Shown one piece after another: positions 8,787 through 18,743 of a DNA stretch of 32,455 nucleotides. The stretch lies in sequence record SRR31156797_5448; one strand, given 5' to 3'. The notes beneath the pieces are model-generated. The model searched no databases. It worked only from the letters and a program-made list of their open reading frames with translations, and was not told where the DNA came from. The position numbers were made by a program, and so were the translations under genes. Position 1 is the first letter of the stretch; each line of letters opens with the position of its first letter.

Positions 8787-10826
8787 TTAGCGGTCGTAAA
8801 ACTGTTGCATTTCGGTATTACCCAATAAACCGTATAAATGACTCAGGTTACGCTTTGCCTGTGCGTTTTCAGGCTCGATTTCCAGTGCGTCCTTAAATGC
8901 TTTAATGGCTTTATCGTAATCCTGCAACATGTAATAACAGTTGCCCACATTGATGATGGCACCAACAAATTCGGGTGACAACTCCACAGCTTTCAGGTAT
9001 TGTGCAAGTGCATCCTTGTAATTTTGAGAATCCACGAAAAGGTTACCCAGATCAAAATAATGTTGTGGGTCGGTGGAAGTTTCGTTTTCCATGGATTTCA
9101 ACTGGCTGTTGAATGCATTTTGAACCAGGGGCAGATTGCTTCTTGCCGTGGAATTATGTGGATCGATCTGCAGAGACCGCTTCAGCAGCCTGAGAGCCTC
9201 GCCGTGTTCGCCTTTCATATAATAGGCCAACGCCATATTCGACACGGTTGTGGAACTGCTTTGGTTGGCTTTTTTGTAGTATTCGATGGCTTTGTCGTAA
9301 TCCCGCTGCTGGTACCAGGCGTAACCCAGTTTAAAATAGGCCTCACTAAATCGCGGGTTGATCTCCAGTGATTTCTGAACCTCGGTCATCCCCTTTTGCA
9401 TCAACGAATCTTTTACCGCCTGATCAGTGGCAGCCACCGACTGGTTGATTAGTTCGGAGCCATAATGTTTTCGCAGCAATGCACTTTCGCCACCATACAC
9501 AACATCTGTGGAAAACAGCGTATAATTATTTTTCCACACCGGATTCCGGGCAATTGTACGGCCGGAATAAAACAGGATTAAAACTGCAATAATGCCTAAA
9601 AATGCCTTGGATGGCAACGGTTTGAAATCGTAAATGATCCTGCGGGTTTTCTTTTCGCGGGGTAATAGTTTAAATATGATGTAACTGATTGCAAGCGAAT
9701 ATCCCAGGACAGGCGCATAAAGAAATCGTTCTGCCATGATACCGCCGCGCGTAACAACAAATGCAAGACCAACCGAAAGCGTGATACCAAAATAGAATAT
9801 GGAAAATGAGAGTATATTTTTCCGTTTCAGGTTTTTTATTGCTAAAAAGGCCAGTGCGCCCAAAATGATCAGCGAAAGCCAAACCACAGGGCTATCGAAA
9901 CCGGCTTCCGGTATTTGGTTGTAGGAATAATCATAAATCAGCCTTACCGGCAGCACAAGCCTCCACAGATACATCCCGAAAATAAAAAGCATGGTCGGTA
10001 TCCGGCCTGACATATCTTTGTAAGGATATACATTCATTTCATTGGGCGGGCTGCCTGACAGAGTGCCAATCAAATTGAATTTCAATGCCAGAAATAACCC
10101 CGAAACAATTACAAATGCAAGGGTAATGGCAGCAATTTTCCCTCCTTTTTTTGGCGTAAAGAAGAACAACATAAAAGGTACAACCGCCAGGGTGGTCATT
10201 GCCGTTTCCTTGGACATCAGCGCCAGGAAATAAAAAAGCAGCGACAATGCCATGGTTGGGATATATTTGTTTTTGGCATAATTATAGGCCAGCCACAGGG
10301 CCAGGGTACTATTCAGAAAACTCAGTATTTCATCGCGGCTTTTAATATTGGCAATCACTTCGGTATGCACCGGGTGTGCCATAAAAAGCAGTGTGGCTAT
10401 CAACACAAAAAACGGCATGCGTTTGAAAAGCGTTGCCAGAAATCCAAAAACCACCATTCCGGTGAGTGCATACAGCAGTACGTTGATAAAATGCATGATA
10501 TGGGGGTTGTTGCCGTGCAGGGCATTTTCGATGGCAAACGAAATGTGAGAAAGCGGCCTGTAATAACCCAGGTTGTGGTTGGAGGCAGCCCAGTAGTTCG
10601 TAGTCATCAGTTCGCCAATACCATCCCAACCTTGCTGTACCATCCGGTGGTTTACGATTTGAGGAAGGTCGTCGAGCGCAAACTCGTTGGTGATACTGTT
10701 GCCATATAGCACAAAAGCAAAAACAAAAGGAATCCAGTACATGAAACCAGGAATGGGTTTTTCTTTACCCAGCTTCATTTCCCCGGAATTGTGATGTTTG
10801 TGTTTCTGAGATTTTTTAGTACTCAT
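8787..10826 (-). CDS. TMTC-like multi-pass membrane protein (GT-C fold/DUF1736-like) with C-terminal TPR repeats
   Basis: Motifs FALDD, YRPL, HPVHTE, SKE, YDYS, AERFLY and RNPVWK, about 11 TM helices and several TPRs. Start placed at ATG 10826 (MSTKK) to avoid overlap with gldG. Confidence 0.85.
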   Translation of the reverse strand: MSTKKSQKHKHHNSGEMKLGKEKPIPGFMYWIPFVFAFVLYGNSITNEFALDDLPQIVNHRMVQQGWDGIGELMTTNYWAASNHNLGYYRPLSHISFAIENALHGNNPHIMHFINVLLYALTGMVVFGFLATLFKRMPFFVLIATLLFMAHPVHTEVIANIKSRDEILSFLNSTLALWLAYNYAKNKYIPTMALSLLFYFLALMSKETAMTTLAVVPFMLFFFTPKKGGKIAAITLAFVIVSGLFLALKFNLIGTLSGSPPNEMNVYPYKDMSGRIPTMLFIFGMYLWRLVLPVRLIYDYSYNQIPEAGFDSPVVWLSLIILGALAFLAIKNLKRKNILSFSIFYFGITLSVGLAFVVTRGGIMAERFLYAPVLGYSLAISYIIFKLLPREKKTRRIIYDFKPLPSKAFLGIIAVLILFYSGRTIARNPVWKNNYTLFSTDVVYGGESALLRKHYGSELINQSVAATDQAVKDSLMQKGMTEVQKSLEINPRFSEAYFKLGYAWYQQRDYDKAIEYYKKANQSSSTTVSNMALAYYMKGEHGEALRLLKRSLQIDPHNSTARSNLPLVQNAFNSQLKSMENETSTDPQHYFDLGNLFVDSQNYKDALAQYLKAVELSPEFVGAIINVGNCYYMLQDYDKAIKAFKDALEIEPENAQAKRNLSHLYGLLGNTEMQQFYDR

Positions 10827-10845
10827 TTTCCAGTATTTTGATGGG

Positions 10846-12615
10846 CTATTTTGTATATTTCCGTTTCCGGATGATGCCCAGGATGATCCCAAAAATAATG
10901 ATCAATAAAACCGGTAAAATAGTGTTAAGCACCTGCCAGTATATCCGTTCGTCTTCAACTTTGGTTCGATCGAGCAACCGGAGTTTCAGATCTCGTGAGC
11001 GAATGGATATCAACCCTGAATCGTCGGTTAAATAATTCATGGCATTCAGGATCAGTTCTTTGTTGCCAAATTGTTGGCCGGTGTAGCGATCATAACCCAG
11101 TGGAAGTGGCAATACCTGGCCACCACTTCGCTGAAACTGGTTTTTGATTACATCTCCGTCAGAGATTACAATCATCTGGGTTTCATCGCTTTTTGCCCTG
11201 AAATTAATTTCACGGCTTTCCATGATCTCAGGTGGAACCCTGTTGTTGTACAGCGATTCAAACTCCCCCTGAATTTTTACCATCACCGGAACCGATTCTT
11301 TGCGATACAATCTTTCGTCGGGTTGACGGCCTACAATATCCAGAGTAATGTAAACAGGCGCATTTACCGTCCTTGAATATCTTGAACTGTGAAGCAACAC
11401 CTCCTTTTCAAGGTCACCGGTAGTTTCAACAAATTCAATGCTGCTCACAAATTCCGTTTTGATGGCGTTCAGGTTTTTCACGATGGGGTTATTGGAGAGT
11501 GGTGTGATGATCGGGAAATAAAACCACGGAAAAAACTCAAACTGTGGCTGCCCGCCAACGTCGCCAACTTTCACCGGAATGGGCAGTGCATTGAGGTCCA
11601 TCACCAGGTCGCTGTTGAGGCGGAAGCCATATTTAAAAAACATGTCTGTCAAACGAAGATCATTTTCCAGCCCGATTGTCTCCGCGTTGAGCTGCAGGCT
11701 GTCCATGCTGGCAGTAACCGGATCGATAAGCCAAAGCACTCTTCCCCCGCGCATGATATACTGGTCGATAATAAATTTATCTTTATCGCTGAATGCAGAA
11801 TCGGGTTTTGCGATGATGATAGCCTCGTATTTATTTTCCACCCTAGTGGTCAGCGAATCCACCTGAACACGTTCCGTAAGGCTGTTAAGTTTTTCTTCAA
11901 GTTCTACCCATTCTACCGTATAATATTCGCTCAAACCCACGTATGCATCTGCAGTTTCGTCTTTGCTCAGTTCTCCGTGCCCCTGGATAAAAGCTATTTT
12001 TGGGCGGATATTATCCGTAAGTTTCCGGATGGCATCAGCAAGTGCAAATTCCAGGTTTTGAATGGAGCTGTTGAGGATTTCATCGGGTGGGGCACCCTGC
12101 TGTGAAGCCAGCAAATTCACCGGCATTTCAAGGTTTCGGTAGGTGGCAATGGCCCCGGGGAAAATAATTTTTTGGGAGGTTCCACCCTTGGTTTTCACAT
12201 TCAGTTCGGTAGGCTCCAGGCCTTTATCGATCAGCATGGTGTAGATGCCCTGCCTTTCGCTGTTATCGCTACTCGCCGATGGATTGATAAATTCGAATTC
12301 GATGTTTTTGTTGAATGCCCGGAATTCCTGAAGCATATCACGGGTTTCACGGGAAAGCCGTTTAAATCCGGCAGGAAATTCACCATCCAGATAGACCCTG
12401 AAATAAACCAGATCGTTGATATCAGTAAGCATGTCCTTCGTGGCATCCGAAAGGGAATATCTTTTTTCGCTCGTCAGGTCGAAGCGGGTATAGATATACG
12501 ATCCGATTACATTCAACAGAATGATAATGAGTAACCCAAGCAGCAGCTGGGTAACATTTACCATCTTCATGTTTTGCTTCCTGTCCTTTTGTTCTTGTTC
12601 CTTCTTCGCTACCAT
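10846..12615 (-). CDS. gldG: Gliding motility-associated ABC transporter substrate-binding protein GldG
   Basis: RFDLTSEKRYSLS, IAFIQGHGE, KDKFIIDQYIMRGG and FGNKELILNAMNYL; follows gldF. Confidence 0.92.
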   Translation of the reverse strand: MVAKKEQEQKDRKQNMKMVNVTQLLLGLLIIILLNVIGSYIYTRFDLTSEKRYSLSDATKDMLTDINDLVYFRVYLDGEFPAGFKRLSRETRDMLQEFRAFNKNIEFEFINPSASSDNSERQGIYTMLIDKGLEPTELNVKTKGGTSQKIIFPGAIATYRNLEMPVNLLASQQGAPPDEILNSSIQNLEFALADAIRKLTDNIRPKIAFIQGHGELSKDETADAYVGLSEYYTVEWVELEEKLNSLTERVQVDSLTTRVENKYEAIIIAKPDSAFSDKDKFIIDQYIMRGGRVLWLIDPVTASMDSLQLNAETIGLENDLRLTDMFFKYGFRLNSDLVMDLNALPIPVKVGDVGGQPQFEFFPWFYFPIITPLSNNPIVKNLNAIKTEFVSSIEFVETTGDLEKEVLLHSSRYSRTVNAPVYITLDIVGRQPDERLYRKESVPVMVKIQGEFESLYNNRVPPEIMESREINFRAKSDETQMIVISDGDVIKNQFQRSGGQVLPLPLGYDRYTGQQFGNKELILNAMNYLTDDSGLISIRSRDLKLRLLDRTKVEDERIYWQVLNTILPVLLIIIFGIILGIIRKRKYTK

Positions 12616-13340
12616 TTCCTGCTTTCAAGGGTTAATTTGGTGAGTAAAATAAAAAATGCCACTAAGCTCACAAAATAGATTACATCGCGGGTGTCAACTA
12701 CACCGCGGCTCATGGAAATATAATGTGCGTTAATGCCCAGCGATTTGATGAGCAAATCTACCGGGCCGAACAGCTCCAGTGAATGAATGAAATCGAAACC
12801 CACATAAAAAAAAAGGCTCAGGAATACCGCCAGGATAAACGATACAATTACGTTGTTGGAAACCGAAGAGGCAAAAATGCCAATGGCTGTAAACGAGGCT
12901 CCCAGGAAAAGCAGCCCGATGTAGGAACCCCACATGCCGCCCGTGTCGATGTTTCCTTTGGGTAGCCCAAGTTGGTAAACCGAATAAAAATAGATGAGCG
13001 TGGGTAACACCGAGAAGATCACCAGTACCAGCCCGGCAAAATATTTTGAAAGAATGATCTGCAAGTCCGTGAGTGGCTTGGTGAGGAGCATTTCGATGGT
13101 GCCGCTACGGTTCTCATCGGCAAAAGAACGCATGGTAATGGCCGGGATGAGAAACAGAAACACAAAGGGTGAGATCATAAAAAGCCCTTCGAGGCTGGCA
13201 TAGCCAAAATCGAGGATGTTGAAGTCGGAGGCAAACACCCACAAAAACAGTCCATTAATCAGCAGAAACACCATAATCACAATGTACCCGATGAGCGAGC
13301 TTAAGAATCCGTTCACCTCTTTTTTGAGTAGAGTTAGCAT
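12609..13340 (-). CDS. gldF: Gliding motility-associated ABC transporter permease GldF
   Basis: KKEVNGFLSS.IGY, LIPAITMRSFADE.RSGTIEMLLTKP and SRGVVDTRDVIYF. Start taken at ATG 13340. Confidence 0.93.
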   Translation of the reverse strand: MLTLLKKEVNGFLSSLIGYIVIMVFLLINGLFLWVFASDFNILDFGYASLEGLFMISPFVFLFLIPAITMRSFADENRSGTIEMLLTKPLTDLQIILSKYFAGLVLVIFSVLPTLIYFYSVYQLGLPKGNIDTGGMWGSYIGLLFLGASFTAIGIFASSVSNNVIVSFILAVFLSLFFYVGFDFIHSLELFGPVDLLIKSLGINAHYISMSRGVVDTRDVIYFVSLVAFFILLTKLTLESRKW

Positions 13341-13506
13341 GTTTAATTTTTGACTTTCCAACGTTAAAGCCGCGAAAATAATACAATTAAAGGGAATAGT
13401 TTGTCCGGGCGAAAAACCTAAAAGTAAAACTGATGGGCGTATTTTTTATTTGCATTAAAAATGCCGGGTGTAGGATTTCAAGTTTCCATTTTTATCTGAT
13501 TTTCTG

Positions 13507-13514
13507 TACTTTTG
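13507..13514 (+). promoter_or_regulatory. Bacteroidota -7 promoter element
   Basis: TACTTTTG, 48 nt upstream of the beta-helix gene. Confidence 0.5.
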
Positions 13515-13561
13515 GAAACACTCATTGTAAGTCAATTTTTCTTGCTCAAGCTTGATTAATA

Positions 13562-15196
13562 ATGAAACCCTCAAAGTATTTTATCATTCTGTTCTTATGT
13601 ATTCCCATACGGATCTTTGGTGATATTATCATCGTTGATCAAAGTGGCAGCGGTGATTATTACACCATTCAGGAAGGGATTAACAATGCATTTACCGGTG
13701 ACACCGTTTTGGTTTTTCCGGGAAATTATGTTGAAATTATAGATTTCACCGGAAAAGACATCGTTGTAGCGAGCCTGTTTTTAACCACCCAGGATACCGC
13801 TTACATCCACCAAACCATTATTAACGGCAACAACAACCATTACATGCTGGTGCGGTTTACAAACGGCGAAACTGAAAATGCCCGACTCATTGGCTTCACC
13901 ATTACAAATGCATCAGCACAATCAGAAAATATCGATAATTGGGAGACCCACGGGCTGGGAATACGCATTATCGACAGTTCACCTGTAATCGAAAACAACA
14001 GGATTATCAACAATGACTATGACGATTGGTACTTTATCGGTGGAGGAATTGTAATGGAAAATTCATCAGCCAAAATCATCAATAATGTTATCGACAATAA
14101 TGATATGGCTTTGGATGGTGGCGGTATCTACATCTTTAACGGAAACAATGTGTTGATCGAAAATAATACCATTGTCAACAATATGGTTTTCAGTGGATAT
14201 GCTATGTCGCACGGAGCCGGCATTTATATCGACAGCTCAACATGCATTAACATTGCCGGCAATACAATCAGCAATAACAACAATGTTTATGGTAATGCAG
14301 GCGGTATTTATGTTTCAAGAAGTAATCTAATCAAAATCATGAACAACAATATTTCTGAGAACTATGTATATGGCAACGGTGGCGGGCTTTACATCAAATC
14401 GTCTTCAAGCATAAATATCTCCGGAAATTTAACCTGGAATAATATCGCGGAAGGCTTAGGCGGGGGAATGTTTTTCAAAAGTTCAGAAATTAACTTTGTA
14501 AATAACACCATTTGCTTCAACCAATCCTTATTTGATGGAGGCACAGGTAGCGGGATTTATTGCCTCAACTCCAGCCCCGAAATATATAACTCAATTATCT
14601 ATTTCAATACCACAGCTTTGGCTGGCAGTCAGGTATATTTAGATGCCAACTCCGATCCAAATTTCTTCTATTCAGATATCGAAGGAGGGATTGCTGCATT
14701 TGGGCTTGCAGATACGGTTACATTTGATGGCCTCTATGAGAACAATATCGAATCGAGCCCTCAATTCATGAATTCGGCAGAACATCCTTTCACCCTCGAT
14801 TACAGCTCCCCCTGCATTAATGCTGGTTGCCCGGACACTACAGGTTTATCCATTCCTGAATTTGACCTTGCCGGCAATGTACGGATCGTAAATGACACAA
14901 TAGACATGGGAGCTTATGAAAACCAGTTGATAACAAATATTGCCGGTTTGGGCACACCTTCTATAATAATTGTTTTCCCAAATCCGGCATCTGATAAAAT
15001 AACTATTTGTATTCCGAAGTACCAATTTTTAAATGGGTTTGCTATTATTTATGACATGAATGGAAACCCTATACTTGAATTTCCAATAAATTGTTCAGTA
15101 CAAGAATGTAACTTGTCCTTGTTACCACGAGGAATTTACATGCTTAAAATAACGAATGGAGAATTTCTTTATAATCAAAAGATTATACTTTATTGA
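13562..15196 (+). CDS. Right-handed parallel beta-helix repeat protein with choice-of-anchor Q-like region and T9SS CTD
   Basis: YYTIQEGIN...GDTVLVFPG.Y.E start; repeated GGGIYI...I.NN.I..N units; SPCINAG...DLAGNVR...DMGAYE; VFPNPASD...LPRGIYMLKI. Confidence 0.88.
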   Translation: MKPSKYFIILFLCIPIRIFGDIIIVDQSGSGDYYTIQEGINNAFTGDTVLVFPGNYVEIIDFTGKDIVVASLFLTTQDTAYIHQTIINGNNNHYMLVRFTNGETENARLIGFTITNASAQSENIDNWETHGLGIRIIDSSPVIENNRIINNDYDDWYFIGGGIVMENSSAKIINNVIDNNDMALDGGGIYIFNGNNVLIENNTIVNNMVFSGYAMSHGAGIYIDSSTCINIAGNTISNNNNVYGNAGGIYVSRSNLIKIMNNNISENYVYGNGGGLYIKSSSSINISGNLTWNNIAEGLGGGMFFKSSEINFVNNTICFNQSLFDGGTGSGIYCLNSSPEIYNSIIYFNTTALAGSQVYLDANSDPNFFYSDIEGGIAAFGLADTVTFDGLYENNIESSPQFMNSAEHPFTLDYSSPCINAGCPDTTGLSIPEFDLAGNVRIVNDTIDMGAYENQLITNIAGLGTPSIIIVFPNPASDKITICIPKYQFLNGFAIIYDMNGNPILEFPINCSVQECNLSLLPRGIYMLKITNGEFLYNQKIILY

Positions 15197-15403
15197 AGGT
15201 TTTCAGCATGACATATTGCCATAAAACATTTGTTTTTACCTGGCTATGGCAAAACATAAAAACGCCTGCGGATTTCAGGTTTTAATAGTATTTCCTTATT
15301 CTGAAATAGCACCACAACAAGTTTAAATATCACCTTTGTTAATTTTTCATAATTGCAATTTTTTCCAAACACCCTGTAAATAGCTCCGGTCGATTATTTT
15401 TTC

Positions 15404-15411
15404 TACTTTTG
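15404..15411 (+). promoter_or_regulatory. Bacteroidota -7 promoter element for mdh
   Basis: TACTTTTG(C), 58 nt upstream of mdh. Confidence 0.6.
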
Positions 15412-15468
15412 CACTTCGTTTTTAAAGATCAGGTAATTAGCAGTTTCAAATAATAAAAAGCTTAGGAC

Positions 15469-16413
15469 ATGGAAAGAATCACAGTGATTGGAGCCGGTAA
15501 TGTTGGTGCAACATGTGCCAATGTGATTGCTCATAAAGACCTTGCAAAAGAAGTGGTACTGGTGGATATTAAAGAAGGCGTAGCCGAAGGTAAAGCCCTC
15601 GATATGTGGCAGACTTCTTCAATCAATAATTTCGACACCCGCGTGGTAGGTGTTACCAACGATTACCTCCGCACCAAAGGTTCGGGCATTGTGGTTATTA
15701 CTTCAGGCGTTCCGCGAAAGCCTGGCATGAGCCGCGACGACCTCATCAAAACCAATGCAAGCATCATTGTGGATGTTACCGAAAAGGTGATCAAATATTC
15801 TCCTGAGGCCATCATCATCGTGGTATCTAACCCACTCGACGTGATGACACATGCAGCCTGGAAAGCTGCCAACAAACCCAACAGCAAAGTATTTGGAATG
15901 GCGGGTATCCTCGACACCGGCCGTTATACTGCCTTCCTCGCCGATGCGCTCGATGTTTCCCCAAAAGATATTCAGGCACTGTTGCTCGGTGGCCACGGCG
16001 ACTCCATGGTGCCCCTGCGCAGATACACCTCCGTAAAAGGAATTCCCATCACCGAGTTGCTCGGTAAAGAAGAAATTGATAAAATCGTTGAACGTACTCG
16101 TAAGGGTGGTGGTGAATTGGTAAACCTTATGGGGACTTCAGCCTGGTATGCGCCGGGTGCCGCGGCCGCACAGATGGTTGAAAGTATTGTGGATGACCAG
16201 AAACGTATTTTCCCGGTTTGCGCCATGCTCAACGGTGAATATGGAATCAGTGACCTTTATATAGGTGTACCCGTAAAATTAGGAAAAAACGGTATCGAAG
16301 AAATCATCGAACTCAACCTCAACGAACGCGAGTACAAGCTCCTGCACGAATCAGCAAATCATGTGCGTGGGTTGGTGAAGGTGCTTGATGATCTGAATAT
16401 TTTTGGCGACTGA
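15469..16413 (+). CDS. mdh: Malate dehydrogenase (LDH-like MDH)
   Basis: GAGNVG Rossmann motif, PRKPGMSRDDL (MDH Arg), VSNPLD, GILDTGR and GGHGD. Confidence 0.97.
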   Translation: MERITVIGAGNVGATCANVIAHKDLAKEVVLVDIKEGVAEGKALDMWQTSSINNFDTRVVGVTNDYLRTKGSGIVVITSGVPRKPGMSRDDLIKTNASIIVDVTEKVIKYSPEAIIIVVSNPLDVMTHAAWKAANKPNSKVFGMAGILDTGRYTAFLADALDVSPKDIQALLLGGHGDSMVPLRRYTSVKGIPITELLGKEEIDKIVERTRKGGGELVNLMGTSAWYAPGAAAAQMVESIVDDQKRIFPVCAMLNGEYGISDLYIGVPVKLGKNGIEEIIELNLNEREYKLLHESANHVRGLVKVLDDLNIFGD

Positions 16414-16434
16414 GCCAACAGGAATAAATAATAC

Positions 16435-16472
16435 AGCAGGCATTCCGGAATATTTCGGGATGCCTGCTTTGC
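16435..16472 (+). terminator. Hairpin/terminator after mdh
   Basis: AGCAGGCATTCCGGAA / TTTCGGGATGCCTGCT inverted repeat followed by a short T-rich tract. Confidence 0.7.
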
Positions 16473-16489
16473 GTTTTTAAATGTGCCAA

Positions 16490-17191
16490 ATGAAAAAACT
16501 GGTTGTACTCACAGGTGCCGGCGTTAGCGCCGAAAGTGGTTTGCAAACTTTTCGTGACAGCGATGGGCTTTGGCGGAATTACCGCTTTGAGGAGGTAGCC
16601 AGCCCTGTGGCGTGGGCACGGGATCCGGAAATGGTTTTGGATTTTTACAACATGCGACGCAAAAAATTATTGGAAGCTGAGCCCAATGCTGCACATAAAG
16701 CGCTGGCATCGCTGGAAAAATATTTCGATGTGCAGATTGTTACCCAAAATGTAGATGACCTGCACGAACGTGCCGGTTCTTCAAAAGTACTGCACCTTCA
16801 CGGCGAACTCCGGAAATGCCGAAGCACCGGTAATCCTGACCTGATCTATGATATCGAAGACTGGGAGCTGAAAATGGGGGACAAGTGTGAAAAGGGACAT
16901 CAGCTCAGGCCGCATGTGGTTTGGTTTGGTGAAGCTGTTACAGAAATTGAGCATGCCATTGAGCTTTCCATGCAGGGTGATTACTTTTTAGTGGTTGGGA
17001 CTTCAATGGCGGTTTATCCGGCAGCAAGCATCATCCATTACATCAGGGATGATGTGCCCAAGTTTTTGATCGATCCCAAAGCCAGTGTTAACTATGGCGT
17101 GCAAAATCTGACCATCATCAGGGAAAATGCCGGAAAGGCTATGCCTAAATTGGCCCGGGTTTTAGTGGAAAAACACAAGCAGGAAAATTAA
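16490..17191 (+). CDS. cobB: NAD-dependent protein deacylase (sirtuin, Sir2 family)
   Basis: TGAGVSAESG, TFR..DGLW, TQNVDDLHERAG, HG, RPHVVWFGE and GTS. Confidence 0.93.
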   Translation: MKKLVVLTGAGVSAESGLQTFRDSDGLWRNYRFEEVASPVAWARDPEMVLDFYNMRRKKLLEAEPNAAHKALASLEKYFDVQIVTQNVDDLHERAGSSKVLHLHGELRKCRSTGNPDLIYDIEDWELKMGDKCEKGHQLRPHVVWFGEAVTEIEHAIELSMQGDYFLVVGTSMAVYPAASIIHYIRDDVPKFLIDPKASVNYGVQNLTIIRENAGKAMPKLARVLVEKHKQEN

Positions 17192-17194
17192 ACC

Positions 17195-17659
17195 ATGGAG
17201 CTTGAAGATGCCCTGATAAAAGCAAGATATTATTGCGCACAGCAGGAAAGGAGTACTTTTGAGCTCAAAAGAAAACTGTATAACTGGAAAGTTCCGGAGA
17301 AGCAATTCGACAAAATAATTACACATCTTGTTGAAAATGATTTTTTATCGGAAAAAAGGTTTGCCCGGCTTTTTGCAAAAAGCAAACTAAACCAGGGAAA
17401 GTGGGGAAGGCTCAAAATAAGAGCAGCGCTTCAAAAACATGAGATTAGCCACAACATAATTGAAGAAACGCTTGCTGATCTGGATCAGAAAAAAATCCGT
17501 GATAATCTGGAGATACTGGCCAAAAAGAAACTGGAGGAACTCACACGGAGAGGGGCCGAACGAAAAGCGGAGAAATTGAAATTTTACCTGGCCTCAAAAG
17601 GCTATGAAACAGCACTGATTTTTGACTTCATAAACAACAACAAATATGACAACGACTGA
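17195..17659 (+). CDS. recX: Regulatory protein RecX
   Basis: YCAQQERS..E, FLSEKRFA, KWGRLKI and YLASKGY helical repeats typical of Bacteroidota RecX. Confidence 0.9.
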   Translation: MELEDALIKARYYCAQQERSTFELKRKLYNWKVPEKQFDKIITHLVENDFLSEKRFARLFAKSKLNQGKWGRLKIRAALQKHEISHNIIEETLADLDQKKIRDNLEILAKKKLEELTRRGAERKAEKLKFYLASKGYETALIFDFINNNKYDND

Positions 17660-18741
17660 AAATATCAAAGCACTTCAACAACGGGTTGATGCGCTGAGGA
17701 GGTACCTTTGACATCGACAAAAAACTGGCTGAAATTGCCGATGAGGAATCCCTGACCCACCAACAGGATTTTTGGAACGATCCCAAAAAAGCAGAGGTTA
17801 TCCTGAAATCTATCCAGCAAAAGAAAATCTGGACACAATTTTATGATAAAGTTACCAATGCAATTGAAGAGTTAAAAGTGATGTTTGATTTTTATGAGGA
17901 GGGTGATGCCACCGAACAGGAAGTTGATAAACATTATACCAGGACTCTGGGATTGGTTGAGGACCTGGAGTTTAAAAATATGCTGAGTGATGAAGAGGAT
18001 AAACTGGATGCCATCGTTCACATTAACCCGGGTGCAGGAGGCACCGAAAGCCAGGATTGGGCTGAGATGCTCATGCGCATGTACATCCGTTGGGGTGAAC
18101 GTAACAATTACAAGGTGAAGCAGGTGGATTTACAGGAAGCAGATGTGGCAGGTATCAAATCGGTTTCACTAGAGTTTTCGGGGGATTTTGCCTATGGCTA
18201 CCTGAAAAGTGAAAACGGCGTACACCGGCTGGTAAGGCTTTCACCTTTTGATGCAGCCAATAAACGCCACACTTCTTTTGCTTCGGTGTATGCTTATCCT
18301 ATGATTGACGACACCATCGAAATTACCATAAACCCTTCGGATGTCTCCTGGGATACCTTCAGGTCGAGTGGGCCCGGCGGACAAAATGTGAACAAGGTGG
18401 AAACTGCCGTACGCCTCAGGCATGAGCCTTCGGGGATTATCGTGGAATGCCAGGAAACACGTTCACAACAACAAAACCGCGATAAAGCCCTGCGGATGCT
18501 CAAATCACAGCTTTACGAAATTGAGCTGCGCAAAAAGCGCGAAACACATGAGGAAATCGAAAGCAGCAAGCGAAAGATTGAATGGGGCTCCCAGATCAGG
18601 TCGTATGTTTTTCATCCCTATAAAATGGTGAAAGACTTACGTACAAGCCACGAAACAGGAAATGTTCAGGCGGTGATGGATGGAGACCTCAATGCTTTTA
18701 TCAAGGCCTTTTTAATGGAAACCGGGCAAAAAAGTAAATAG
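17646..18741 (+). CDS. prfB: Peptide chain release factor 2, translated via a +1 programmed frameshift
   Basis: ORF0 runs from ATG 17646 ([21 protein letters not shown]) to CTT-TGA at 17706-17711. The +1 frame from 17710 (DIDKKLAE...FWNDPKKA) is continuous with ORF 17878-18741. SPF and GGQ motifs present. Confidence 0.97.
17697..17712 (+). promoter_or_regulatory. RF2 frameshift cassette
   Basis: AGGAGG-TAC-CTT-TGA-C: internal SD, 3 nt spacer, shifty Leu codon and UGA stop. Confidence 0.96.
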
Positions 18742-18743
18742 AA

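Noticed and set aside
11389-12105. 238 aa antisense ORF inside gldG (and other short nested ORFs in the track)
   Set aside because: Antisense shadow ORFs with no independent support.
13980-14520. Asn-rich periodic DNA as a tandem repeat element
   Set aside because: Explained by the beta-helix protein repeats; the nucleotide units are not conserved.
15216-15252. TTGCCATA/TATGGCAA inverted repeat as a terminator or operator
   Set aside because: 8-bp arms with a 21-nt loop and no U-tract; too weak to assign.
17709-17711. prfB pseudogene or sequencing frameshift
   Set aside because: The stop sits in the canonical RF2 programmed frameshift cassette.
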